Positions 36,301 to 48,204 of a stretch of DNA of 64,000 nucleotides are shown here, piece after piece. This DNA is from Macrostomum hystrix (Eukaryota > Animalia > Platyhelminthes). The position numbers and the translations under genes are program-made. Location: positions 7,688,001-7,752,000 of the forward strand of contig CATNEN010000038.1 of the NCBI GenBank assembly GCA_950097015.1. The letters are read 5' to 3'. The first letter of the stretch is position 1. The number at the start of each line of letters is the position of its first letter. The notes beneath the pieces are model-generated. The model was not told where the DNA came from, did not search any database, and saw only the letters and a list, made by a program, of their open reading frames with translations.

Positions 36301-37276
36301 AAGGTGGAGGAGGCGACTGCACCCTGGCTGCCTGCTGCTGCATCGAGTGCAGGTGATCAAATCCTCCCATGTGATACGCATCCTCCTGTTGCTGCTGCTG
36401 CTCATAGGATGAGGTTGCAGCATCCGTCTGTTGGCTCGGCTGCTGCTGTTGGTAAAAAGCTGCATAGCCAGATGAATCAAAGTGCTGCCTCTGTTGCTGC
36501 TCAAGATTGTAGGCAGCCATAAATGTGCCACCGTCCCCGGCTCCCATAAACTGCTGCTGTTGCTGCAGATAAGCGGCCGCGGCAGCTGCAGCATTTGGAT
36601 CGCCGTAGTCCAGCATAGCTAAGTGGTGCGGTGGCAGGGGCGGATGCTGATAATGCTGGTGCTGCTGATAGCCATTGTTTGGCGGCATTATTGTCTGCTG
36701 ATGATGCGGCATCATTGAGAAATGCGGCGGAAGAGCCATCTGGTGATTATGGTGACTTATGACGGGTGTGTCCAGGGATTTCTTAGGCAAGCTACTGCTA
36801 GATGAAGCTGCAGCAGCTGCGCCAGAGGTAGGTGGAGAGCCGCTGTCTAGCACCTGATCGACTATACGCAGGCCAACAGCTATAAGATCTTTGCTACTAG
36901 GAGAAAGCATAGATCCAGTGGTTATATTATTATCGATTGACTGCTGCTGCTGCTGATTTTGGCCAGGTAGACCACGACGCGAGCTGCCACCGGCACCCAT
37001 GTCGATGGGTTGCGAGACCGCGTGATCACTCTGCCTGTCGGGCCAGTCGCTGTGTCCACCAGCGCCGAATTGCAGCCTAGCGAACCTGCCGATAATATTG
37101 TCTGGATCATTGTCACCCAGTTGCTGCTGCTGCTGATGACCAACTTGGTAATCAACGCCCCATCGTTTATCAACAACAAAAGCGTCCACAGCGTCTAATG
37201 GCTGCTGTTGATGACGCTCGTACCGGTAAGCTATCTGAGCATCATCCTGAGACCTCGCCGCCAGCTGGTCGGACAT
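27367..37276 (-). CDS. pum: Pumilio (PUF) RNA-binding translational repressor, ~940 aa
   Basis: Exons 37276-35270, 34540-34427, 28398-28246 and 27915-27367, all phase 0 and GT-AG. Eight PUF repeats carry canonical recognition motifs: SRFIQ, NYVIQ, CRVIQ, NHVVQ, CRVIQ, NYVIQ, SNVVE, NYVIQ. Also [18 protein letters not shown]-terminal SQDDA and VSQPI motifs, and a Q/H-rich region. Confidence 0.97.
27975..28160 (-). mobile_element. SINE family B copy without head, in the last Pumilio intron
   Basis: Minus strand reads ccttgggcaag..cccagatgtaaattgggtgtcagcattagctggggtaa...cccagtcc...gctgtgctgtcggctgcac...attaaggca, collinear with 42625-42715 plus 45225-45310. Confidence 0.75.
28452..34345. repeat. 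23-bp satellite (ctactcaaagcccaatctaaatt)n, ~5.9 kb, ~255 copies, making up almost all of a Pumilio intron
   Basis: Direct tandem units between PUF-coding exons. Confidence 0.98.
34600..34700 (-). mobile_element. SINE family A 3' fragment
   Basis: cgcagccag...cccattccgctgactcctgagcacac is the reverse complement of the family A 3' half. Confidence 0.7.
34798..35148 (+). mobile_element. SINE family A near-full-length copy in a Pumilio intron
   Basis: Head ggggtcagtggcggagcg...gagttcgatt, then body, 3' hairpin and att tail. Confidence 0.88.
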
Positions 37277-38624
37277 TGAATTAGCGATTCTATCGGCCTA
37301 TCAAGGTGAATAAGCCGTTTAGCTGTCTGTCTAGATAACTGACTAAGCTGGTTAGAAAGATTTATTTTTAGCGTGAAGAACAATTTAAATTCGGTAACTA
37401 TAATACGAAGCGCATGACAAGAAAAAGGATAGGTTTTTTCTTGGCGAAGTAGTCGCGCGTAGAATAGTGATCAGATTGAGAGTTGTACAGCAATGACACC
37501 GAGCTGTAACCTTCTGATGATCTCGTATTGTCGAACTTGTGATACTTGCGCTGTGACTTGACTGAACTAAAATTAGTAGTAAGTAAAGGGTGGGGTTCTG
37601 ACTTAGACAATTTGTATTACTTTTTCTACTTGGCCACACAATAAGGTTGACTAAGCATTGCAGTATATAAAATATACATATACTTACTTTGGAGGCTTTA
37701 ACTTCTTTAGAATGCTTGTGTTATACCATGGTATATATATTTTGATACATTCAACAGTTTCTACTAATAAATAAGAAATTAAACTTAAGTTTTACAGGTC
37801 CCACAAAGCCGGTGCAGAATAGCTAGTATATTACTGTCAGTAACTAGAGGTTGGACATGGTTGCAATCAGGATCATAAAGTTTTGATTTAATAGTTATTT
37901 TTTATTCAAACATGTTTTTTTATTCTGTCATTTAAGGTCATTGTGAAAACTCACATTTGTAAAGCAAAAAAAAAGAAAAAAAGACTTTTTCTGATCTTAG
38001 CTATTAATCATTGGCAGATGTACGATTATTATTATTATTAGGCTAACCTATAAAAACCAAAAACTTAAAAAACTATAGACATTTATTATTGCAAAAAGTT
38101 TAAAAAAGTAATATGCCTAATGATAGCATTTTTGAACATTTATGTTACTTTTTAATAGTTAATGTGTCACTACTGCTGTTCTATCACTCCTTGCCAATAC
38201 AGAAAAAACACACCAACATCTAAGGAAAGATCCTATAAATAGTTTTTATAACCACAGCACTATGTTAATAAGTTGCTTATTATTGCTACAGTACCATTGC
38301 AATAAGGCTTATCGACATAGAAGACTTGAGAAAGATGAATTAATAAAACTATAACCAAATAGATGCTTTGCAGAGGTTTATAATACATTTTCATAATGAT
38401 ACTAATTTTTATGTTTAATCAGATGTCACACAAAGTTCTAAAAGTAATGTATGAGTGAATTTGTACTTACTTATTACAAATTGCATTTGTATGTGTATTA
38501 TTTAACATATAATAGCACTGATGATAAATTATAATATTGTGTGATGCAGTTTTATGCAAAATACTTATCATTAGTTCTTTTTTAGCTTTTATAAAAACAT
38601 AATCTGACAGCATAAAAATCTTTT

Positions 38625-39040
38625 TTCTTTTCACTCATTAAATTAACTATAGCATATCACACTCCTAACCCATTAAGAATCCGACTTCTTTTCACTCATT
38701 AAATTAACTATAGCATATCACACTCCTAACCCATTAAGAATCTGACTTCTTTTCACTCATTAAATTAACTATAGCATATCAAACTCCTAATCCATTAAGA
38801 ATCTGACTTCTTTTCACTCATTAAATTAACTATAGCATATCAAACTCCTAACCCATTAAGAATCCAACTTCTTTTCACTCATTAAATTAACTATAGCATA
38901 TCAAACTCCTAATCCATTAAGTATCTGACTTCTTTTCACTCATTAAATTAACTATAGCATATCAAACTCCTAACCCATTAAGAATCCAACTTCTTTTCAC
39001 TCATTAAATTAACTATAGCATATCAAACTCTGAACCCATC
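38625..39040. repeat. 61-bp AT-rich tandem repeat, ~7 copies
   Basis: Unit ttttcactcattaaattaactatagcatatcaaactcctaacccattaagaatctgacttc. Confidence 0.95.
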
Positions 39041-41389
39041 AAAATCATAAATGCTGCTTATATAAAAACCATAGGATTCCATCAAAGAGAAATTCTAAGA
39101 TTTATATTTTATTCATCCAAAGAATTTTTTACTTTGATCCTGGATCACAAAAATGAGGGGTTTGTGTTTCAAAAAACATTTGCAAGAAACACGAAATAGT
39201 TTCCATAACTTGAGTTCTTAAATTTAGTTTGCACTGAGGTAAGTAAAACAAACAGTGCAGAAACAATAGAGACAACAAGAAAATGTCATAAAGAAAGCTC
39301 AAGCAAACAATTCTATGCTGCTCACACAGAAATTATATATGCACATAAGCCCCAAAAGACTTAAACATGCATGTTTAAGGGGATATCTGCATCACTATAA
39401 AGAGACACTAAACCCATTTCACTCATTTGGTACAAATCCACTAGAGAGATTTGAGGCTGCCACATATATACACTGTGAGGTGCAAACTTACAGTACCTAG
39501 CCTAGTGAGGGATAATGACAAAGAAGATTTTAAAGAATTTGTTAAGACACTTCAGACTGTCTACAATGGGAACCCTTAATTCCTTGGTGTTTGGGATGTA
39601 AGCCTAAGTTCAGATATTTCAATGCCATATCCTGCATGCAAATTGTGGGGTGAGTCTGTTGACAATTGGTGGGATATAAAGATGTCACAGGATTTATAAC
39701 CAATGTACTTCTTTAAACTGCCTACAATGGAATAGTTCCTAGCTGTGGTGTTAGGGATACCAACTCTCAAGATTTAATGCTATGAGCATGTTATGGGGTG
39801 GTAATGAGGGTGTTTCATTTCTGTAGCCTTTTTATATCACATACATTGAGTGAGTAAAAATAATAATAACCCATCTCTCTGTTATTTGAGGACGTAGTTA
39901 ATGGCACTCTAAGATGAAACCAGCATAGAAATAGGAAAATTTGGTTAGAGGAAGTCTTGTAAACATCACAATGGATGGCAACTACAATGAGCTACAACAA
40001 ACTAGGCAGAATACATTGAAAAGAAATATATATGGCCTCAATAAAGTAGGCCTATACATTACCATATATTGTAATCAATACTAAGATACTTAGATAGGCC
40101 CCTATGTAAGTATTTTAAGCGAGAATATTCCCACATACACTTTGCCCTAAAAATAAGTTTTTTAAATTGCTAATTGAAGATAATTGACATTTTATTGATC
40201 TATTTTTGTCTATGATAAATTATATTTCTCTTTTTTTCTTTAAATAGATAAAATTGATTGGATGTCTTTTTTTAAATATGTTCCTAAAGAAACTTGTTAT
40301 GATTTTTTACAGAATTATCCACATAGGCCTATTTAGTATATGTAGATATACTATTTATCTCTGATTTTAATTTAAATAAAATAATGCAGAAATGACTTAA
40401 ACATGTGGCATAACATTTGAAATAGGGCTGTTGAAATTGGAGTAAATTGGTATACAGGCTTGATTTGATTTGGCCTACACTGGACACCTTCCTGACTGTG
40501 GACTACAATCGAGTCTAGATTGTAGGCCCCTACTAGTCACAAGGACTCACAACTCACAATTTTCTTGAAATGGCCCAAATTGGCTCTAGAAATATACTAA
40601 ATTCAATTGCATGCCATTTGACAATTGATAATGCACTCATTTGACAATTTGAGCGAACATTTAACCCCTGACACTGTGCATCCATTAATACTACTTACAT
40701 TAATTCCTACAATACTTGTTTAAAGTGAGTACATACCTCACATTATATAAATATATTGTAATGCTACATGTAAAAATACACATTTTTTATAAGAGGGATG
40801 AATAAATTGAGTTTGAATTAAATCAACAAATGACTGCAATGAATGTATATAATGGTACAAAAAATACAGATGTAATTTTTATGGTAAATTATGCTGAGCT
40901 ATTAATTAGGCTAGCAATTAAACGAAATTCTAACTCACCTTAGTTACTTTATCGTAAGTTTTAGTACTTTATTTCTTTACACAATTTACAATATTTACAA
41001 TTTCCTTTAGTGTTGAGACAAACAAACTTACTGTGAACTTTAAAGCTTTAATTTTACTAATTCTCCGTTATTTTGCAGCATCGGTTTATTCAAATTCAAT
41101 TCTGCACCAAACAGTTAAAACCATTCGTTAACTACGAGATATGATTATAAGGGTATGTTATTTGTTTGATCATTTTTGTTCAGTTATAATCGTTTAAAAG
41201 TAAAAATGTCAAAATGGCTAGACGCAGTATTCTCAGGCCTGCTGTGCACCACTTTAAGACGCGCTCCATAACCCAGAGCGGGTCTCAAAGCAAAGCAAGC
41301 GACGTATTTTTTTAACCTTAACTTGAGATATGCGCTCGTGGTTAGTTGTTATACTTAGTATTGCGGTTTACAAAGGTAAAAACAAGGCT

Positions 41390-42180
41390 ATATAGCATTC
41401 TTCGGGTATTCCACGCTTTTCCCCTAATTATTGTGAACGCAGTTAATGGCGCCTAAGATGACACCATGACTGCCGTGTTGACGCCCGGCCGGCCTATCGG
41501 ACTCTTTAGCACAAACCTCGGGGGTTCTCCAAGGCGACACCCAAGGAATCACTTTAGTATAATTCTTTATATTAAAGTGGCCTTCGCGGGAATCTCGCTC
41601 CATTCCTGTTTGTGCTGGTTCTCGATTGGGTGCTGAGAAAGGCGCTGCCGTCTGCCGTCTGACACGGACGTAGCTTTCAACTGCTCAGACGAACAAAGCA
41701 GCCGTTACCGTGAGAAGCGCCTGTCTCTGCTGGGTTACACGGAAGTGACCGCAACGGTTGTGCTGGTTGTCAAAATCAGCAAAACGGAAGCGCGTGCGCT
41801 GACGTCGGTGCCTGCGGAACTCCCAGCTGTCATCACCAACGCCAAGCCACCAATTGTCAAACTGCCATCCATACGACGCTAAACGAGCTTCTGCATCTAT
41901 CTCGGCGGCCTGGTACCCAATGCGCAGGACGACCTCGGGTAATGCATGCTGCCGATGCGAGGGCAGTCGCCCAGGCCAGACTGCCCATTCGCCCAGTCCT
42001 CTAAAGTACTAAAACTTATGACTCTGCCGGACCGTCTCCGTGCTCGACTTTTTCAGGCCATTGTCGAGACGGTCCAGCTCTAAAATGCTGAAACATGGAC
42101 GGTCACCGAGTCGCTGGAGGGCTTGATACGGTGCAGTCAGGCTGCGGCATCCATAACCCGGAGCGGGTCCCAAACGCGCG
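41390..42180 (+). pseudogene. Decayed RTE-like LINE reverse transcriptase remnant
   Basis: Broken frames give SGVLQGDT / LAPFLFVLVLDWVLRKAL / EKRLSLLGY / RLFQAIVETV...NAETWTVTESLE, with many stops and frameshifts. Confidence 0.8.
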
Positions 42181-42552
42181 ATCCCCTACCAATTTTCAGG
42201 ACTTTGGAATCGTGATGCGAAGCTTAATTGTCATCTTAATTTGAAATTATTTACAAGATAATTTGTCGTTGACAAACGAAACAATAGCAAGAAATAACAA
42301 TAATAAACATAGGAGCACCTATTTGATTTAAATATAATTCTAAATGCAACGCACTCAAAGCTTATAGTAAAGATTTAATCAAAGTATCGAATGCATTGTT
42401 TTTGTTGTAGCATATATAAAATGCATGTTAGGAATTAGCGAGTCACATATACAAATGCAAAAGGCCGTAAATGTACAAGCAAGTGCATGGAAAATGTATT
42501 GTACTGCATGATTAATACAATATGATAATATTATTCATATATATCAGCCTAT

Positions 42553-45330
42553 ACGTGGTTAGAGCGACAGACTCACGACTTTAAGGTCGGGAATTCGATT
42601 CACGACTCCGCTGGAACAATTTCTGTCCTTTAGCAAGAAAACTGACCAGCTGTTATTGGGTAGCAGCATCATCTGGGTAAATTGAGTGTTGGTGTGGCAT
42701 CCACCCAGTCCAACTGACCAGCTGTTATTGGGTAGCAGCATCATCTGGGTAAATTGAGTGTTGGTGTGGCATCCACCCAGTCCAACTGACCAGCTGTTAT
42801 TGGGTAGCAGCATCATCTGGGTAAATTGAGTGTTGGTGTGGCATCCACCCAGTCCAACTGACCAGCTGTTATTGGGTAGCAGCATCATCTGGGTAAATTG
42901 AGTGTTGGTGTGGCATCCACCCAGTCCAACTGACCAGCTGTTATTGGGTAGCAGCATCATCTGGGTAAATTGAGGGTTGGTGTGGCATCCACCCAGTCCA
43001 ACTGACCAGCTGTTATTGGGTAGCAGCATCATCTGGGTAAATTGAGGGTTGGTGTGGTATCCACCCAGTCCAACTGACCAGCTGTTATTGGGTAGCAGCA
43101 TCATCTGGGTAAATTGAGGGTTGGTGTGGCATCCACCCAGTCCAACTGACCAGCTGTTATTGGGTAGCAGCATCATCTGGGTAAATTGAGTGTTGGTGTG
43201 GCATCCACCCAGTCCAACTGACCAGCTGTTATTGGGTAGCAGCATCATCTGGGTAAATTGAGGGTTGGTGTGGCATCCACCCAGTCCAACTGACCAGCTG
43301 TTATTGGGTAGCAGCATCATCTGGGTAAATTGAGGGTTGGTGTGGCATCCACCCAGTCCAACTCACCAGCTGTTATTGGGTAGCAGCATCATCTGGGTAA
43401 ATTGAGGGTTGGTGTGGTATCCACCCAGTCTAACTGACCAGCTGTTATTGGGTAGCAGCATCATCTGGGTAAATTGAGGGTTGGTGTGGCATCCACCCAG
43501 TCCAACTGACCAGCTGTTATTGGGTAGCAGCATCATCTGGGTAAATTGAGGGTTGGTGTGGTATCCACCCAGTCCAACTGACCAGCTGTTATTGGGTAGC
43601 AGCATCATCTGGGTAAATTGAGTGTTGGTGTGGCATCCACCCAGTCCAACTGACCAGCTGTTATTGGGTAGCAGCATCATCTGGGTAAATTGAGTGTTGG
43701 TGTGGTATCCACCCAGTCCAACTGACCAGCTGTTATTGGGTAGCAGCATCATCTGGGTAAATTGAGTGTTGGTGTGGCATCCACCCAGTCCAACTGACCA
43801 GCTGTTATTGGGTAGCAGCATCATCTGGGTAAATTGAGTGTTGGTGTGGCATCCACCCAGTCCAACTGACCAGCTGTTATTGGGTAGCAGCATCATCTGG
43901 GTAAATTGAGTGTTGGTGTGGCATCCACCCAGTCCAACTGACCAGCTGTTATTGGGTAGCAGCATCATCTGGGTAAATTGAGTGTTGGTGTGGCATCCAC
44001 CCAGTCCAACTGACCAGCTGTTATTGGGTAGCAGCATCATCTGGGTAAATTGAGTGTTGGTGTGGCATCCACCCAGTCCAACTGACCAGCTGTTATTGGG
44101 TAGCAGCATCATCTGGGTAAATTGAGTGTTGGTGTGGCATCCACCCAGTCCAACTGACCAGCTGTTATTGGGTAGCAGCATCATCTGGGTAAATTGAGTG
44201 TTGGTGTGGCATCCACCCAGTCCAACTGACCAGCTGTTATTGGGTAGCAGCATCATCTGGGTAAATTGAGTGTTGGTGTGGCATCCACCCAGTCCAACTG
44301 ACCAGCTGTTATTGGGTAGCAGCATCATCTGGGTAAATTGAGTGTTGGTGTGGCATCCACCCAGTCCAACTGACCAGCTGTTATTGGGTAGCAGCATCAT
44401 CTGGGTAAATTGAGTGTTGGTGTGGCATCCACCCAGTCCAACTGACCAGCTGTTATTGGGTAGCAGCATCATCTGGGTAAATTGAGTGTTGGTGTGGCAT
44501 CCACCCAGTCCAACTGACCAGCTGTTATTGGGTAGCAGCATCATCTGGGTAAATTGAGTGTTGGTGTGGCATCCACCCAGTCCAACTGACCAGCTGTTAT
44601 TGGGTAGCAGCATCATCTGGGTAAATTGAGTGTTGGTGTGGCATCCACCCAGTCCAACTGACCAGCTGTTATTGGGTAGCAGCATCATCTGGGTAAATTG
44701 AGTGTTGGTGTGGCATCCACCCAGTCCAACTGACCAGCTGTTATTGGGTAGCAGCATCATCTGGGTAAATTGAGTGTTGGTGTGGCATCCACCCAGTCCA
44801 ACTGACCAGCTGTTATTGGGTAGCAGCATCATCTGGGTAAATTGAGTGTTGGTGTGGCATCCACCCAGTCCAACTGACCAGCTGTTATTGGGTAGCAGCA
44901 TCATCTGGGTAAATTGAGTGTTGGTGTGGCATCCACCCAGTCCAACTGACCAGCTGTTATTGGGTAGCAGCATCATCTGGGTAAATTGAGTGTTGGTGTG
45001 GCATCCACCCAGTCCAACTGACCAGCTGTTATTGGGTAGCAGCATCATCTGGGTAAATTGAGTGTTGGTGTGGCATCCACCCAGTCCAACTGACCAGCTG
45101 TTATTGGGTAGCAGCATCATCTGGGTAAATTGAGTGTTGGTGTGGCATCCACCCAGTCCAACTGACCAGCTGTTATTGGGTAGCAGCATCATCTGGGTAA
45201 ATTGAGTGTTGGTGTGGCATCCACCCAGTCCAACTGAGGAGCCTTCAGATGCGCCGCGCAATAGCTGCGGCTGTGCTGTCGGCTGCACGTCTGGCCCGAT
45301 TGAGGCACGTGTAATGAATTATTTTTTATA
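42553..45330 (+). mobile_element. SINE family B copy expanded to ~2.8 kb by an internal tandem array
   Basis: A tRNA-like head (gtggttagagcg...ttcgattc) and tgtcctttagcaag precede the array. The family B 3' end (gctgtgctgtcggctgcac...attgaggca) and an AT tail follow it. Confidence 0.72.
42640..45236. repeat. 72-bp minisatellite, ~36 near-identical copies
   Basis: Unit aactgaccagctgttattgggtagcagcatcatctgggtaaattgagtgttggtgtggcatccacccagtcc. Confidence 0.98.
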
Positions 45331-45626
45331 ATTAATTTTATTATGATTACTATTATAATAATGTTTACAATCATTAAATTTGATTGGGGCAGTAAAAAAA
45401 GAAACACTTCGCTATAGTGAAAGTGAAATGAAAAGTGGACCTTTATCAGCAATTTCTGCTTTAGCCATGAAATTTGCAGCTCAGGGGGGCATGAGGGCGC
45501 GGTTGTGGTTCATGCTGTGAATCCGGTGGACGTAAAAGCGAGGAGTTTAGGGCAGGAAATCCACTCAATATTGTTGAAATGTTAACACAGAAGACTCAAA
45601 ATTGTTAATTTTCGTGTTACAAAAGT

Positions 45627-48045
45627 ATGATTAAGTTGCGCAGTCAGGTGAGTTAGCTTATCTTCATGACAAATGTACGCACTGACTCACTGAGTCAATG
45701 CAATCAAAACTATGACTACAGTTTCCATGGCAATTCCTACAAGCATTGGCGTATGCCCTCTTTCCTCTAACTCTCCGTATACACCCTCTCTGCCCCTGAC
45801 AAGAGCTACAGTGACTCGTTCGGGTCCACATGTCGAGTGTGTTTCGCTTGTTGTAAAAAAGCGGCATTCTTGTCGGATCGAGATAAAAAACGACAGGCAG
45901 ATCAGAATGAGGCTTTTGTTTCTAAAGTTAGCAACTGGCTGCAATCGTCTGCAAAACAACAAACCACTCGGCCCTTATAACCTAGCATTTTATGCGTCAA
46001 ATAATACTTCTCATGCTGTTATGCGGTCAGTAAGTTTGGCATGTAGCTGTCATGAAGCTCATACCACATGATTAGCAAATGGCAAACAAAAAAATTGTCC
46101 CCATAAAATAGAACCATGCAGTAGCCTCCTTTTTATAACTGGATTAAATCCTTTGATTGACATTGATTTACATTGATTTCATTGATTTGATTTGGACATT
46201 TACATTATATTGGGTCATTACAATTTCTGTCCTGTCGTCATGATAACGCGTGCTGATACTTTCTTTAGGTAAAAATTCTTTTACTCAGCAAGACGAAAAA
46301 AAAGTTAAAGAAGGCTCAAGAAAAAATTATTTTGAGCCGCTTGGAAATTCAACCTGTAAAAGGGGGAGATGAGGGTAAAGCAGCTATTAACGGCGAGTTG
46401 CTTATCAGTTCGTAGCCTGTGCTGTGCTGTGGCCCAACTATCGGCACGAATGCGGGCTTTATCAAACTCGCCAAGGCCCATATAGCGTTAATTCATAAAA
46501 GCCCGGCCTCAGGGCACAGTCTGAGTGCATCTACAGTCGATTCGTCTTTGTGCGGTAAGCAGCGATTCATTAGATAATCACTGTTTTTAGTTAACTGCAT
46601 ACAACAGTGGAGACCAGCAGCATTCAGGATGCGTACAGTAAGTTTGAATGCGAATCCATGGAGTTGATTAATGATACACGCATGAAACATTTTATGCAAT
46701 TATAGCCACATGTGATGTCCTTTTGTTTCGATGCTCCAAAATATTCTACCACGTCAATGCATTTTTTTCAGAAAATTGTGTTTCTCCTGGCCATTTTACT
46801 TGTGTCAGCGTTGACCCTGGCAGCGGGCTCCACAACTAAAGCTTCAACCACTGAAGCTCCAACCACCGAAGCTCCAACCACTGAAGCTCCAACCACTGAA
46901 GCTCCAACCACTGAAGCTCCAACCACTGAAGCTCCAACCACTGAAGCTCCAACCACTGAAGCTCCAACCACCGAAGCTCCAACCACTGAAGCTCAAACCA
47001 CCGAAGCTCCAACCACTGAAGCTCCAACCACCGAAGCTCCAACCACTGAAGCTCCAACCACCGAAGCTCCAACCACTGAAGCTCAAACCACCGAAGCTCC
47101 AACCACCGAAGCTCCAACCACCGAAGCTCCAACCACCGAAGCTCCAACCACCGAAGCTCCAACCACCGAAGCTCCAACCACCGAAGCTCCAACCACCGAA
47201 GCTCCAACCACCGAAGCTCCAACCACCGAAGCTCCAACCACTGAAGCTCAAACCACCGAAGCTCCAACCACTGAAGCTCCAACCACCGAAGCTCCAACCA
47301 CCGAAGCTCCAACCACCGAAGCTCCAACCACCGAAGCTCCAACCACTGAAGCTCAAACCACCGAAGCTCCAACCACCGAAGCTCCAAACACCGAAGCTCC
47401 AACCACTGAAGCTCCAACCACTGAAGCTCCAACCACTGAAGCTCCAACCACTGAAGCTTCAACCAATGAATTTTCAACCGGTCAATCTTCAATCACCGAA
47501 GCTTCAACCACCGAAGCTCCTACCAATGGAACATCAACCTCTGATGCTTCAACCATAAACCAAACGAAGCCCGCACCAACAGTATTGCCGCCATGTGAGT
47601 GGAGATTTATCGAATTTATATTTGACTAGAAGCTGTCAACAGCTCCCTGGTCGCTTCTTTTTCGACATTTTAGGGGCACCGGCCGTGATTGGACTCTCAG
47701 CATTGTTCGCTGTCGCTTTAGCAATTGTCGTTACAATTTTGATCTTCAAATACATTTGCCACAGGTTAGAGTAGTTAATTTGTATTTTTCGTTGTACGTT
47801 TTCAACAATCAACCAGTCAATAGATTTAAATGCAGAAACTTAAACACCGATTGCATTACAGGACCCCGAGCGAGGTAGCCTACTCGCGTGCATCCAATTT
47901 ATACTACCAGAGCGGTGGCACCATAAACGACGCATTCGACTCGAGAGACACAGAGTCTCAGTACACTCGGCCGTCAAGACCAATCAGCACAGACTCGAAC
48001 ATTGGGTCTGAAGGGCGCTTCGTATATGTGTCAACAGATCTGTGA
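45627..48045 (+). CDS. Type I membrane mucin-like protein with ~41 TTEAP repeats, ~372 aa
   Basis: Exons: 45627-45647 (MIKLRSQ, donor CAG/GTGAGT; alternative in-frame ATG at 46757), 46772-47594 (signal peptide and TTEAP array), 47674-47764 (TM WAPAVIGLSALFAVALAIVVTILIF-KY) and 47862-48045 (cytoplasmic tail ending STDL). Phases are compatible and total 1119 nt. Confidence 0.85.
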
Positions 48046-48204
48046 TACCGAAGGGCAATGTAGCCAGTAAGAAACTCTTGCTTAAGCATCCGCAAATACT
48101 ATTTTACAATTACTGTAAGATAAAAATGAGCACTATGCCTTTCAATTTAATGAGTACTTTTCTACTTCAGATTACATGTAATAGGGTGAGTTCGTAACTT
48201 TCTC

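Noticed and set aside
40930-41130. Non-coding first exon of Pumilio (minus-strand donor AG/GTGAGTTAG near 40940)
   Set aside because: Plausible, but supported only by one donor-like motif; it needs cDNA evidence.
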